Assembly (NCBI GenBank): GCA_047495785.1
Contig: JBLDXI010000017.1
Span: 186,001-250,000 of the forward strand
Direction: 5' to 3'
Length of the DNA: 64,000 nt
Source: Lepidodermella squamata
Taxonomy: Eukaryota; Animalia; Gastrotricha
The position numbers and the translations under genes were made by a program. A model generated the notes under the pieces. The model ran no database searches. It was not told the DNA's origin and saw only the letters and a program-made list of their open reading frames with translations. This document shows, piece by piece, positions 43,928 through 54,982 of this stretch (positions within the stretch are counted from its first letter, which is position 1; each line of letters starts with the position of its first letter).

Positions 43928-46265
43928 CTAACCTGGAATGTTTGATGAGTCGTCATCGATTGGGGGAGGTATGTCAGCATCGCACCCCTGCTGAGTCAAG
44001 ACGATATCGTCTACGGCAATGCCACCAGGAACAGCGTTATCCCTAACAATGGCGTTGATATTGAGCCGGTAATCGGCATCGATGTCGTAAACGCGTATTA
44101 ACGCCTGCAGCCAAGTTCTAGTTGAAGCAGCTTTGACTGGGGCATTTGCTGCATCATCAGCATCCCACAGCTTGTTAAGATCGCCGGTATTGGTTGCGTA
44201 GAAGACCTGCAGTCTGATGTTACTCGCGGCACCGGCAATGCGATACCAAAACGAGAAGCAGGCATAACCATCAGACCTTTGAATGCGGCTCGATCGAATA
44301 AAGCCAAACTGATTCGGAGCAGTTGAAGTGGCCGAATCAATCGCGACGTAAGATCCGTCAGTGGATGAAGTAGAGTGGTCATTGTCAATCTGGCCAGTCA
44401 GCTTTTTGCGGTTCCACTTCAGGTCGGTACTAGCTTGCGCCCAACCGCAGGTAGATTGCTCGAAGTTACAATCAGCTGGAGACAAGGATGCGTCAGCCGA
44501 CGGTCCGGTTTCGGGAGTTTTGCTGATAACCTGGTAAACAAGTTGGAAACCTCTAGCTTGGACATAGTCGTCAGTAAAGAGAATAACGAGTAAGTTCTCA
44601 GCAGTCGAGGTGTAATTTTCGAGAGGTCGGCTATTACCGCAAAGCTGAGCAATGACAGGGTCGCTAACCCAGTGGTCTCCGTCAAAAATTGTTAAAACGT
44701 CTTTGCTGCAACGAGGGGAGTCCTCAATATCCAACATTGTCACACGCGCCGTGATGAGTCTTCCCTGAGGGGCTTTCAGTAGCCACCCACAATTTTCACC
44801 GTTACGATAAGTTCCGCCGGGAATAACGTTGTTCGTAATCTGACCTGAAGGACGCTCAAGGGTCGTTATCGTAGTGCATGGAGTGAGGTTGCTAGTTGAT
44901 GGCATAACGGTTGTAGTCGTAACTGGCTGAGGAACTGGGGTGCTACCAGGCTTGACAACGCCGTTGCAATAAACAGCGGCAATCTTTTGGAAATCCAGAT
45001 TTGTTGGTCCTTGTCTGTTTGACAGATCGAATTCAGGATCATCCTTCTTCTCAATGGTATTGTAGCCATTGCTCGAATACTGGTCTCTGAAGAAGTGCAT
45101 GATCTGTATGAAATAAAAAATAAATAAACAAATGAAGAGCTAGCTTTCGCGCAATTTTTCTTACCGAATTATAATCGTATTGCACCTTCAGAACTGCTGG
45201 ATTCCAAGAATCACGTCGGTTAAACTGAGCAACCTTTGCCGGATCGATGTTAGCAGTGTTAACTCGGACAAAGTTGTCACGATCAGGCCGGACATGTTCA
45301 TGTCGGAGACCGAGACCGTGCATAATCATGTGGGCAATATTCCAATAACCCTGGTCAAAGCAGTCATCCTCGAGGGTAACCTTTGTCTCGCCTATGCCTC
45401 CTCCTATGTCTGCCGAGCAGCCTCTATCAGGATCCAGCTTGATGAAGTTCATGTAGCTAGCTTCAGACGTGCGAGCGACGAAGCGGACGCAGGTTTTGGC
45501 GAAGGCATCCGCAAAGAAGCGCATGATCACCGCTCGTTGCGTCGCGGTAAAGCCGTCTTGAATTTCATAAGGGATCACAGGATTCGGAATAGGTGCCCAG
45601 TAATCAGCACCGGCCAAAGGACGGCTATAACCAGTATAATGCACAAAGCTATCTCCATCCTTCGTCGTGCAGGTGTAGTTGTAGAGATAGATATCGGCCA
45701 AGGCAACTTGACCTCCAGCGCTGTTGACGATGGCGTTGAAAATCAGTTTTACAGGGCGGTTCTGAGTGACCTGGCTGGTATGAAAGTGCCACCGGCCCGT
45801 CTTGATGTTCGGATTGTCACCCAGGTCCTTCCAAAAAGTGTTCTCGCGTCCACGTTGAGGTTGTTCAAAAAGACTGAGTGTGGCATCGCCCGTTAGACGG
45901 TAGCGAAACGAAACACACAAAGCCTTGACCGGGCTGAAGGGCGAAGGGATGAGGTACTCCGATCCGTACCGCGCGACGCCTTTCATCTGTCTTCCGGTCG
46001 CAATGAACCTAATAGTTGGCATTGACCGACCTTCGCTGCCGGTATCTTCCGCCTGGACAGCAAACACGTTCTGGGCCCCGCGGGCGTAGTTGAAGAAAAC
46101 CTTACATGAGGACGAGCTACGGAAATTGCATGTTGTAATCCAGTCGTGTCTCAGTTTAGCCATGGGCCAAAGGTAAACATTATCTGATTCTTCTTGACTG
46201 AGAACTGCAGTTGCTAATATTGGCAGAAGGCAAACGGTGACGATTGGTTTAGTTAAATAAATCAT
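43928..46265 (-). CDS. Secreted MAM-astacin-CUB-MAM protein, predicted catalytically inactive; intron 45104-45164
   Basis: Signal peptide; TCVRF, GCSA.IG, HMIMHGLGLRHEHVRPDRD, YDYNSIMHF; CUB (CGWLLKAP, CSKDVL, LCG); MAM (CNFEQSTCGW, CFSFWY, IAVDDI). Confidence 0.85.
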
Positions 46266-47134
46266 TCTAAAACGAAAAATTGGCGCTTGCTATTATGCAG
46301 CATCTCACTGACACACTGACACACTGATTTATTGTTGCAATTTGTCTTGCGACGTTCAGTAATTAAAAAGGGTCGAGGCGCCTCACCTCTTCAGCTATTC
46401 GGATGTCATATGGGCTGTATTTCTTACCATTGAGTGTATTTTATTCACGAAAACGGTTGGTAAAAAAAATTACAGCTTAATCGTGTATTTTTCGTTGAAA
46501 AATAGGTTCCAAGCCTTGACTACAGACCACCTCGAATACATTACACGACAAAATGTACGGCTTGGCTGCGTTTTTTGTATATTTTTAGAGAATTTATGCT
46601 TAAACTCATTGGCTTTGTCTATTTGATAAAACAAGCGCGTATTTGTATATTCAGCCCGGCCTGCCCGAACACATTATTTTATTTACATGTTTTCATTCTG
46701 CCCGCACAGCCCGACTCGCCCGTGTCGTCACAACTTACTAGCCAGGCCACGCGACCAGCACGCGGACTTTGATCCTGCCATACGGAAACATAATGCTATT
46801 ATAGTTAGAAGACCCCAATATGTGCTCTACAAAGCTGGTCGGAAGAGCTGAAAGCTGAAAGTCCATCCACGGGAATTGCAATGTCGCAAGTCGCTTGAAA
46901 TTTCAAGCACCTTTCAGGAAAAAAGGAAGGTAGATTTTCTCATCAAGAGCTACCTTTCGATACTTGGAGCGAACTTGGATGATTTTTCCGGATTTTCTAG
47001 GAATTTTCAAGAATTTCATCGGGAAAATAATAATGTAAAACCACCGAATTGTTGGAGGATTCAATGCTGAACCTTTGCTTAACGCCCTTAAATTGAAAAT
47101 TTTATAATCAATCGCAGTTTATACATCCACAGGA

Positions 47135-47476
47135 ACCAGCCTCGAGGTTTCAACTTTAACAGAAAACTTGAAAAATGATATCACGGCCCGGTGCAATTTT
47201 CTAAGCAAAGATAAACCAGTAACTGAGCCAGGAAAAGTAACAATTGTTACCGTAACTTAAGTCCCTGTTCACTTCAAGGAAATTCACGATTAGGATCAAA
47301 TGTACTTTTAGCAGCTTGTTACAATGAATATGAATAATATCGGCCATCATCAATTCTCGATTATTGGCGAGTTTGATGTTTACTGGAAGCATGAAGCACC
47401 ATTGTGTTCAATGGGATGCGACTGAAGCCGGGGTTAGCGCACTTTTCGCCGAAACACCCTGATCGCGCAGCTATTG
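47135..47476 (+). pseudogene. Decayed, internally deleted duplicate of pLGIC copy D
   Basis: Matches 4905-5200 with indels, then jumps to cgccgaaacaccctgatcgc (cf. ~5760). Confidence 0.7.
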
Positions 47477-47826
47477 ACAAAGCACCCAGAGAAATTGTAA
47501 AAATTAAGTTTCTCAAAAAAGTGTTTCAGCCGGCATGAAATTGACACTGCATCAGGATCATTTTTCCTGAGATCAGCCGACAGATCAACTGATGAAACAC
47601 ACAATTCTTGCCCCTACCGTCGTTTGGGGCGTGTTTGGCATGGGTTATGATTCATCCCTATGATTTTTCCTTAGCGAAAGGCTATGAGAACATACTTCTC
47701 AGAAACTGTTTTGAAAGATTATCACCATCATGAATTTTACTCAAAATTGAAAACAAGATTACACGAGTAATCTGACCTCCTATAGTCCAGTCTTTCAGCC
47801 TGCATTTAAATGAATGCAGTTTTCCT

Positions 47827-49100
47827 TTAAAAAGCTGCCAGGGCGAATATCGATGTATCAATTGCAATGTTCAGCACGAAGAAGATAACGTAGAAGATTG
47901 CATCCATTAAACGAACGGGCTTTAAGCGGTACCTCCCGCCAATGATGTACTGCTTTGCAGAGCCGCTATACTCAAACACGCATGAAGCAATCAGCGTGTA
48001 GATTGTGCAGACAACTCCGAAAATCAACTGGCATGTCATGAATATGATGGCGTAGCTCATTTCCGCCGACTGGGGCAGCGAGTCACTGACAGCAGACTGT
48101 AGAACTGCCTGGGCCAGAACCACTGTTACGCAATAGGCCGGTCGATCCGGGTGTTCAGGGGACATGAAGCCACTCGCGATCAAAAGCATGGCTATCGAGA
48201 AACTCGGGAAGAACACCGTGATATGAAAACGCTCGACTTTCGCTGGAACTTGAAAGTGAACATCGCATTGTGGTAGCTAGAACTAGTTGGATCGGCGAAA
48301 CCATCATACTTTTGTGATTTCACGGTGTAGTTCGAATCAAGTAGTATCCAAACCGACGCCGGGCTAATGAATTTGTGGTCATTGGGATCGGCTAGCGTTG
48401 TAACGCCCTCTTTCTTTGTGAAACGAATTTGGGCCGCAGAATACCAAGATTCGATGACTATAGAGCAGGTTTGTACATCGAACGGGAATTTCTTCAAACT
48501 AAAATTATAATGAAATTTCCACTGACGGAAAGGCGTGCCTAGAATTCCTTACTCAAGCTGGCAAAATGAGTCAAAGTTGAACACAACTGGAATGTAGGCG
48601 CTGCCATCGAAGTTCGCGTAGAGCATGGCATTATTTGATGTGTAGATATCAACAGCCACAACGTCCGTATACGAGTTCGTGTGGATGATCTTTGGATACC
48701 AACAGTCTATAGCTCTAAATTCCAATGCTTCGAATCCAGCTTCAGTAGAATTCCACTTCGAGCACGGGTGGTTCCACATTACATCCAGCTCCCCTATAAC
48801 CGAAAATCTGCCCCGGCAATAATAGAGCTGAGGTTTCAAACGATGAAGCAATCGTTACCTTTGCTCTCGGTCGTGTATCTCGCGAAACCGATAAGGGACG
48901 AAGGAAATTGTCACATTAGTAATTTCCCGGGGCTTCGCTATCGGCTGTTCCTTGCTCTCGAAATGGCACTTGTCGAGCAGTTCACGTTTCAGCTTCTCTG
49001 ATGCTGGTCTCATTTCCGCTACGTTGTAGCTGAGCTCATCGCTTTGAGCCAATATCGCTCCTGTTAGATGTAGGATTAGCAGTGAGATGGATTTCAACAT
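47827..49100 (-). pseudogene. pLGIC copy F, near-identical paralog of copy E with a 1-bp frameshift at ~48223-48230
   Basis: cgtgatatgaaaacgct vs tgtgatcaggaatacgct in copy E; breaks the frame just before M1 (could be a sequencing error). Confidence 0.7.
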
Positions 49101-50647
49101 TGTCAACAGAAGTTTCTACTGCAAATGTTGACAGCAAGTGGCCCTATCACATAGGAACATAGACCATATATAAAATGCACACCTACAAATGCCAGTGGGA
49201 GTCTGAAACGAAGTTTCTTCCTTTGAGAATAATTCCGTAAATTGGTGCGTTAGCTATGTTTCATGTTTCATTGCTGTTAGAGAGTATGCTCCTTGTTTGC
49301 AAATTATTTATGGTACTTTATTGTTAGTGCTTAGTGCTTAGTTAATGTCCTTAAAAGGCATTACAAGCACTCACCGCAATGCCAATCGCCAGAGATTTAG
49401 TGACTGAAATCATGTTCGCATGGGGCAATGTCGATGGCATCATGGCGTGCGTCCAAATCGAGAATAATCTGCTTACTGAATTAATTAAGGTAACAACGTA
49501 TGCATGAACCCAATTAATGCCAATCAATATCACGTGGAAGCAGTAATGGAGAAATGTGTATTCTAATTGAACCGAACTTGGTTTATTTCCCGAGGTGCAA
49601 CCAAGGGAAACGAGCCGAGGCGTCAACCGATTCGAAAGCCACACCAAGCGTCGCCAGATTTTTTGAATCTGCGCAAGTACTTGATTGAGCTTTCAGAAGT
49701 ACTAGCGAGCCGAAAATCGGCCATCTTGGCAAATTATGCCATTTGGCAAATTGGCAAATAACATGCTTTCATTTCATCTGCGGAACAGTTTTTCTGTTTG
49801 CTAATTTTGACACATCTGTAAGCTCTATTTTACTCGACACTAGAGCGAGATTTGAAGGGTTTGCAAAGATATATAATTCAGTATGTGAATATAGAAATAA
49901 AAAACGATTGCGCGTCAAAATTCTATAAAAAGAAGCAAGAGTGATGGCCATGGTTCCTGTTTTCCGGAGTTAGTAGCAAGGCATAACAACTGCCATTCAA
50001 CCCGATCTATGGCTGTAATCTCCGCTAATCAGATACCATTATAATTTAACCCTCGGTCTTCATTCAATTTTTTAGCTCAGTCCTTATATTTTAGATTTGT
50101 ATTCTTGTATTCCTCTCTAAGCTGAGAAGTCAGAATTTCTTTGACGAGGCTCAAATTTCAAACCAACGCTTGATTAATGCATGCCCCTGGGACAACAATA
50201 CCGCACATCGTCTTTTTATAAAATTTAGAAACATCTGCGTTGAGAGTCTCTCGCGGTTAAAAGCCTAGCGGAAAGCTTAAAAAAGAGCCTTTCGCAGCTC
50301 GCATTCTGCAAGCTTCCCACGCAATTCCAGGCGAGTAGAAAGTTGGCCTGAAGATATGACACGAAACGATAAGAAAAGGTGAAAGGTATGTGATGCATCA
50401 CGCCAGTTTCCGTCAACCCTAAAGGATGCACTCTATATATGCGTGAGGGTGATATTTCAATTCACGGTGTGAAGAGGTTTCGGCTTTCGATTCCTAATAG
50501 CGAACAAAAGTATTGCTTGAAATTTCCTGTACGGTTTCTCTTCACATCGGTGAACGGACGAGAACAGTACAGTTTTAAAAATTTCGCGCTGCTTTCGTAC
50601 AGTGAAGGCTTTGACCTTGAAGACTTGGACAGCAATCGAACATAACT

Positions 50648-53050
50648 ATGCTCCTCAACAACTGTTTGGTGATTCTGGTCATCTTGGTACCAACTCTCAG
50701 CGGCCAATTCAAGTCCATTCGGCTTAACTTGATGCGAATTTTCTCATTTGGGGCGGTTGATGAACGTCAAGCCCAAGCTGTCCGCGCGGCAGCTCAATTT
50801 GCCGTAGACCAGGCTAACAATAGATCCGACATCTTATTCAACTACCGGCTCGAAATTGTCAACAAAGACGAAAGATTCGGCAGTGCTACTGTAACATTAG
50901 CAGTTGAATTCGCCCGAGATATGATGAATGACACTTCCATTCAATCACCAATTGTAGTCGGACCATCATTCTCCGCGGGTTGCAAGGCGGTTGGCACAGT
51001 CTTGCACTACGTCAACCTAATTGCTATCAGCGATCTATGCACTGCAGCCTCCTTAACAGACCGACGAGTATATCCTAACCTTTACCTATCAATCTTAACT
51101 GGTAAGGAAACAGCCTTGTCTATGCTACGATTTATGCGTGATATTGGTCGTTGGAACAAGTTTGCCCTCCTTGCAAACTCGGGTAATCCCACTGACTATC
51201 AAAGCGCTTTCTTCCTGCATAGCAACGCCATTGAGCAAAGGTTCGAAGTACCTTGGTTCGACATTGTCACGAATGTAGATCAATCAACTATTTTGCCCTT
51301 GAAAATCCGGGGTATCAGAATAGTAATACTAATGACGACTACGGACGCTCAGCTTAGTTCATTCCTTTGTGAGGCGTATAAGTTAGGTATGACAGGGCGC
51401 AGATACACGTTTCTGACAAGCAGAATCGGAGCAGCACTTAGTGGCGAATGGTGTGATATCGAGATTTTGAAGCAGCAATGGAGACAGTTATTCTTTGTCA
51501 CTTCCTCGCAAACACCTGACGATTTCAACCAACTGTCGGAGTTCGGTTACAATGCTATTGATCTAGAAAAGGTTCTGTACCGAGCAGTTAAAGGCGCGAC
51601 TCGGGATACATTCTCACTAGCCTACACTTCTCACGATACTATGCTGAAAACCGTTTTGATATTGAACGACACCGAAACAAGACTGAACAGATTCTACAAC
51701 AAGTCCTTGCGAGACTATGCAACTCACCCTGAGTTGGTTACCAAAGTCGCTCACGAGTCGATTCTCTCTTCGAAAGTCCTCGGGGTCAGAGTGGGACTGA
51801 TGACCTACAGCGAGATGGGGCAGTTTCAAGGTGATATTAGATCAATATCCCAGTGGACGCCACGGGAAGGTTTTATCAGGGTCGCCAAGGTTGTAGAACG
51901 GCAAGGGAAGGCGAACGAGACATTGGGATTTGAAAGTTACGTATTACAACCTGTACGACCTGTGGAATGGTTGTCAGGAAAACCTCCGATTGATCAACCT
52001 AAAATTGAAATTAAGGTGTTTACTGTGCCAAGATCAGCTTCAATCGTCGCGATAATCTTCTCATCAATAGCGTCCTTGGGGCAACTAATAGCATGCATCC
52101 TCATAATCATAAGGAGAAATAACCAAATACGGCAGCCATTATGCCAATTCTTTGGGTTATTCGGTTGTCTCATTCTGAACAGCTCAACGATCATTTTCTC
52201 TCTGGAAAGAGGAGCTGATTTCGAAGGTCTAATTGCAGCTTCATATTTCCTTCTTGCTATTGGAGGCTCGATTTTAATTGGAATGTCAAGTTTCAGCGTA
52301 GCCTTGATCTTACAGCAGGTTAATGGCAATTTGACCCGAGAAAAGGGTCGCGGCAGAAGCATGCTGCATCCGAAAAGGCAGTCCAGATTCAGCGACCATG
52401 GCGAATCGATCTTATTGACAGTTCCGAGCACCAACAATTTAGCGATAGATGTACCTGCGTTAAGTGAGATTCGTAGCGTAACTGGTTCACCGACGTCACC
52501 GAGCCATCTAGCCAGGAGCGAGGCCGATTCCAGAAGAAAAGAAATCGTCATCAATTGGAAATCAATCGACAAATTTACGACAATTCTCTGCCTAATTTTC
52601 GTCATCATAAGTTGCGCGGTTCTTATCGGCCTATTCAGCACCCAGCCGGTTACATGTTTATATCAACAAAGCGGGGAAGATTTGTATGATGATTCCAGAG
52701 ATACCAACATTGAATCCTGGACGGTACTGTGCGAAATCGGGGATTCAGATACTAGCGGTAAGGTTTTGACAGGCCTAACCCTTTTCGACCTTACCCCGTT
52801 ACTGATTGGAGCTTTCGTTGTCTACCGATTGAGGCAGTGTGATAGGAAAATCTCCCGTGCGGACAATCGGCTTATCCTGATTTCAGGAATAAGAGTCATT
52901 AACGCGGCTGGGGTTGGCATTGCTGGAGTTCTGATCGTCTTCATAATGTCGGCAAATCCGGTTAATCAACAAATAGCTGTTGCTTACTTGACCCTCATTG
53001 GATCCTGCTGTGTATCCTCAACTTGGCTTTATTCGATCTTCAAGAATTAA
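50648..53050 (+). CDS. Intronless class C (GABA-B-like) GPCR: Venus flytrap domain plus 7 TM
   Basis: Signal peptide; AVDQANNRSDILFNYRL, VGPSFSAGC, LTDRRVYPNLY; EWLSGKPPID linker; seven hydrophobic segments. Confidence 0.8.
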   Translation: MLLNNCLVILVILVPTLSGQFKSIRLNLMRIFSFGAVDERQAQAVRAAAQFAVDQANNRSDILFNYRLEIVNKDERFGSATVTLAVEFARDMMNDTSIQSPIVVGPSFSAGCKAVGTVLHYVNLIAISDLCTAASLTDRRVYPNLYLSILTGKETALSMLRFMRDIGRWNKFALLANSGNPTDYQSAFFLHSNAIEQRFEVPWFDIVTNVDQSTILPLKIRGIRIVILMTTTDAQLSSFLCEAYKLGMTGRRYTFLTSRIGAALSGEWCDIEILKQQWRQLFFVTSSQTPDDFNQLSEFGYNAIDLEKVLYRAVKGATRDTFSLAYTSHDTMLKTVLILNDTETRLNRFYNKSLRDYATHPELVTKVAHESILSSKVLGVRVGLMTYSEMGQFQGDIRSISQWTPREGFIRVAKVVERQGKANETLGFESYVLQPVRPVEWLSGKPPIDQPKIEIKVFTVPRSASIVAIIFSSIASLGQLIACILIIIRRNNQIRQPLCQFFGLFGCLILNSSTIIFSLERGADFEGLIAASYFLLAIGGSILIGMSSFSVALILQQVNGNLTREKGRGRSMLHPKRQSRFSDHGESILLTVPSTNNLAIDVPALSEIRSVTGSPTSPSHLARSEADSRRKEIVINWKSIDKFTTILCLIFVIISCAVLIGLFSTQPVTCLYQQSGEDLYDDSRDTNIESWTVLCEIGDSDTSGKVLTGLTLFDLTPLLIGAFVVYRLRQCDRKISRADNRLILISGIRVINAAGVGIAGVLIVFIMSANPVNQQIAVAYLTLIGSCCVSSTWLYSIFKN

Positions 53051-53158
53051 GAATAATTATAATAAGAGCACTTGACGTTGTAACAGAGTAAGGTGTAGGA
53101 ATAATTATTTGTTGTATTTCAAATAAAAGCTAAAGTGAAAAATAATGGGACGCTGTCT

Positions 53159-54170
53159 CTACAAAGATGCAAGAATGAAAATCGATACGTCGATAACAAT
53201 GTTCGCGGTGAGAATGACGCCGAAGAAAATGACGTCGATCAGTCGAACGTAGCTGATCTTCACCCTGCCACCGATGAGGAGCGTCCGCTCGGCAACTTCA
53301 AGTTCCGAGATACAACAGGCCATCATTGAGTAAATCGTACAGACCACTCCAACGACTAGTTGACAGGTCATGAAAATGATAGCATAACTGACTTCTGCCG
53401 ACTGGGGTAGGGCGTCGCTTACAGCTGATTGAAGCACTGCCTGGGCTAGAACCACTGTTACGCAATAGGCCGGGCGATCAGGATGAGAGGGTGACATGAA
53501 GCCACACGATATCAAAAGCATAGCAATCGCAAAACTGGGCAGAAAAACCGTGATCAAATAGGTGTTCGACTTGCGCTGGAACTTGAAAGTGAAAATCGCA
53601 AAATCATAGCCGGTTCCTGTTGTATCCGCCAAATTTGTGTATGTTGTACGCCTATAGAGGATCTAAGCTTATACGGTATCTATACGGGATAAGCAATATT
53701 TTAAAATGTCATAGCGGCCAAACCGTGAGGGTGACTATCGATCATCATATATTAATTGATTGCTGTAATCAAGGGCTATCGATTGATGCCAAATCGAATT
53801 CCACGCGGCACACTCAGGGTCAAGTTTTGGCCAAAAAACGCAAATTTTCCGCATTTTTTTTACTTTGAAGGCAAAAATCATATTTCCAAAAGTTCCGCGC
53901 GGAATTCGATTTGGCACCAATCGATAGCCCTTAATTACAGCAATCGATTAATATATGATGATCGATTGTCACCCTCACAATCGCTCTTCGATATTCGCTA
54001 TATTCGCTCTTCGATCGAGTAGTTCGACTCTAACAGTGTCCAAACGATTGAGGGACTGAAAATTCTTTCATCACTGGGATCCGCAAGCCTCGTAACACCT
54101 TCCTTTCTCACAAACCGCATGCGTTCAGTTGAATACCACGCTTCTATGGCGATAGAACAGGTTTGCTCAT
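53159..54170 (-). pseudogene. pLGIC exon-3 copy interrupted by an insertion; 5' exons not seen
   Basis: 53159-53632 encodes M1-M4; 54015-54170 encodes EQTCSIAIEAWYS...VWTLLESNY. Confidence 0.7.
53725..53978. mobile_element. MITE/foldback with ~84-bp inverted repeats
   Basis: gtgagggtgactatcgatcatcatatattaa... vs ...ttaatatatgatgatcgattgtcaccctcac; no clear TSD. Confidence 0.7.
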
Positions 54171-54982
54171 GTTGTTTAAAACGGAATATGAATCCTATTC
54201 GGTGGCTTATTCATTCCGATAGTTATGCTTCAATATTGTCCATAGATCGTCATTGAAACAATCTCGTTAGAAAATTCACCTATACTCGCCATATCAGAAA
54301 TTATGAATTTCCTCTATTTTGTCGCTCAGAAATTTATGGCTAATTTATTGCAGCTTTTACAAGAATTAGCTATGTAATTAACTTAAAATCTGAAGACAAT
54401 GTGGGCTGTAGCTTTTGACCGTAGTCCAATTAGCAAAATGTATCTGCGGTAATCCACTTTCAGAACCTGGCGGCAATGAAGAAATACTAGACGTAGCAGG
54501 CGGTTCGAGAAAGGTTTTTCAAATTGCCTTGGACCCAGATGTCTCTTAGGAATTTAGTTGATGAATCAAGTTAATTAGCCTCGTTGGATCTCTTAGAATT
54601 AATGCATAGCATTTCACGGTCGAACTAGTATGATGAACAATTTGAGTTTACATACATTCTCTGAAATTTAGTTTTGTTGACAGTCGTGAATTTTGTCGAT
54701 TTTAGTGTGTACTTGCTCTGCAATCTGCAATCTGCAATCTGCAATATGAAACTCTGTCTACCTTATCAACCGCAAACTCGATCGGCGACAGCTTCCGATG
54801 CATCTCTTGAGGACAAAAAGGCTATTAAGCTCCTAAGAGTTTCCGGGATACCCCAAAAATAGAAATTCGGTCATTCCTCTAACCTAATTGCATTAAGATC
54901 CTCAATTAAGCCCACAATTTGCGCAGACAAATCTTCTAGTATATTCATACCTATTGTTTTATGTTTTCAGATATTCAGAATT

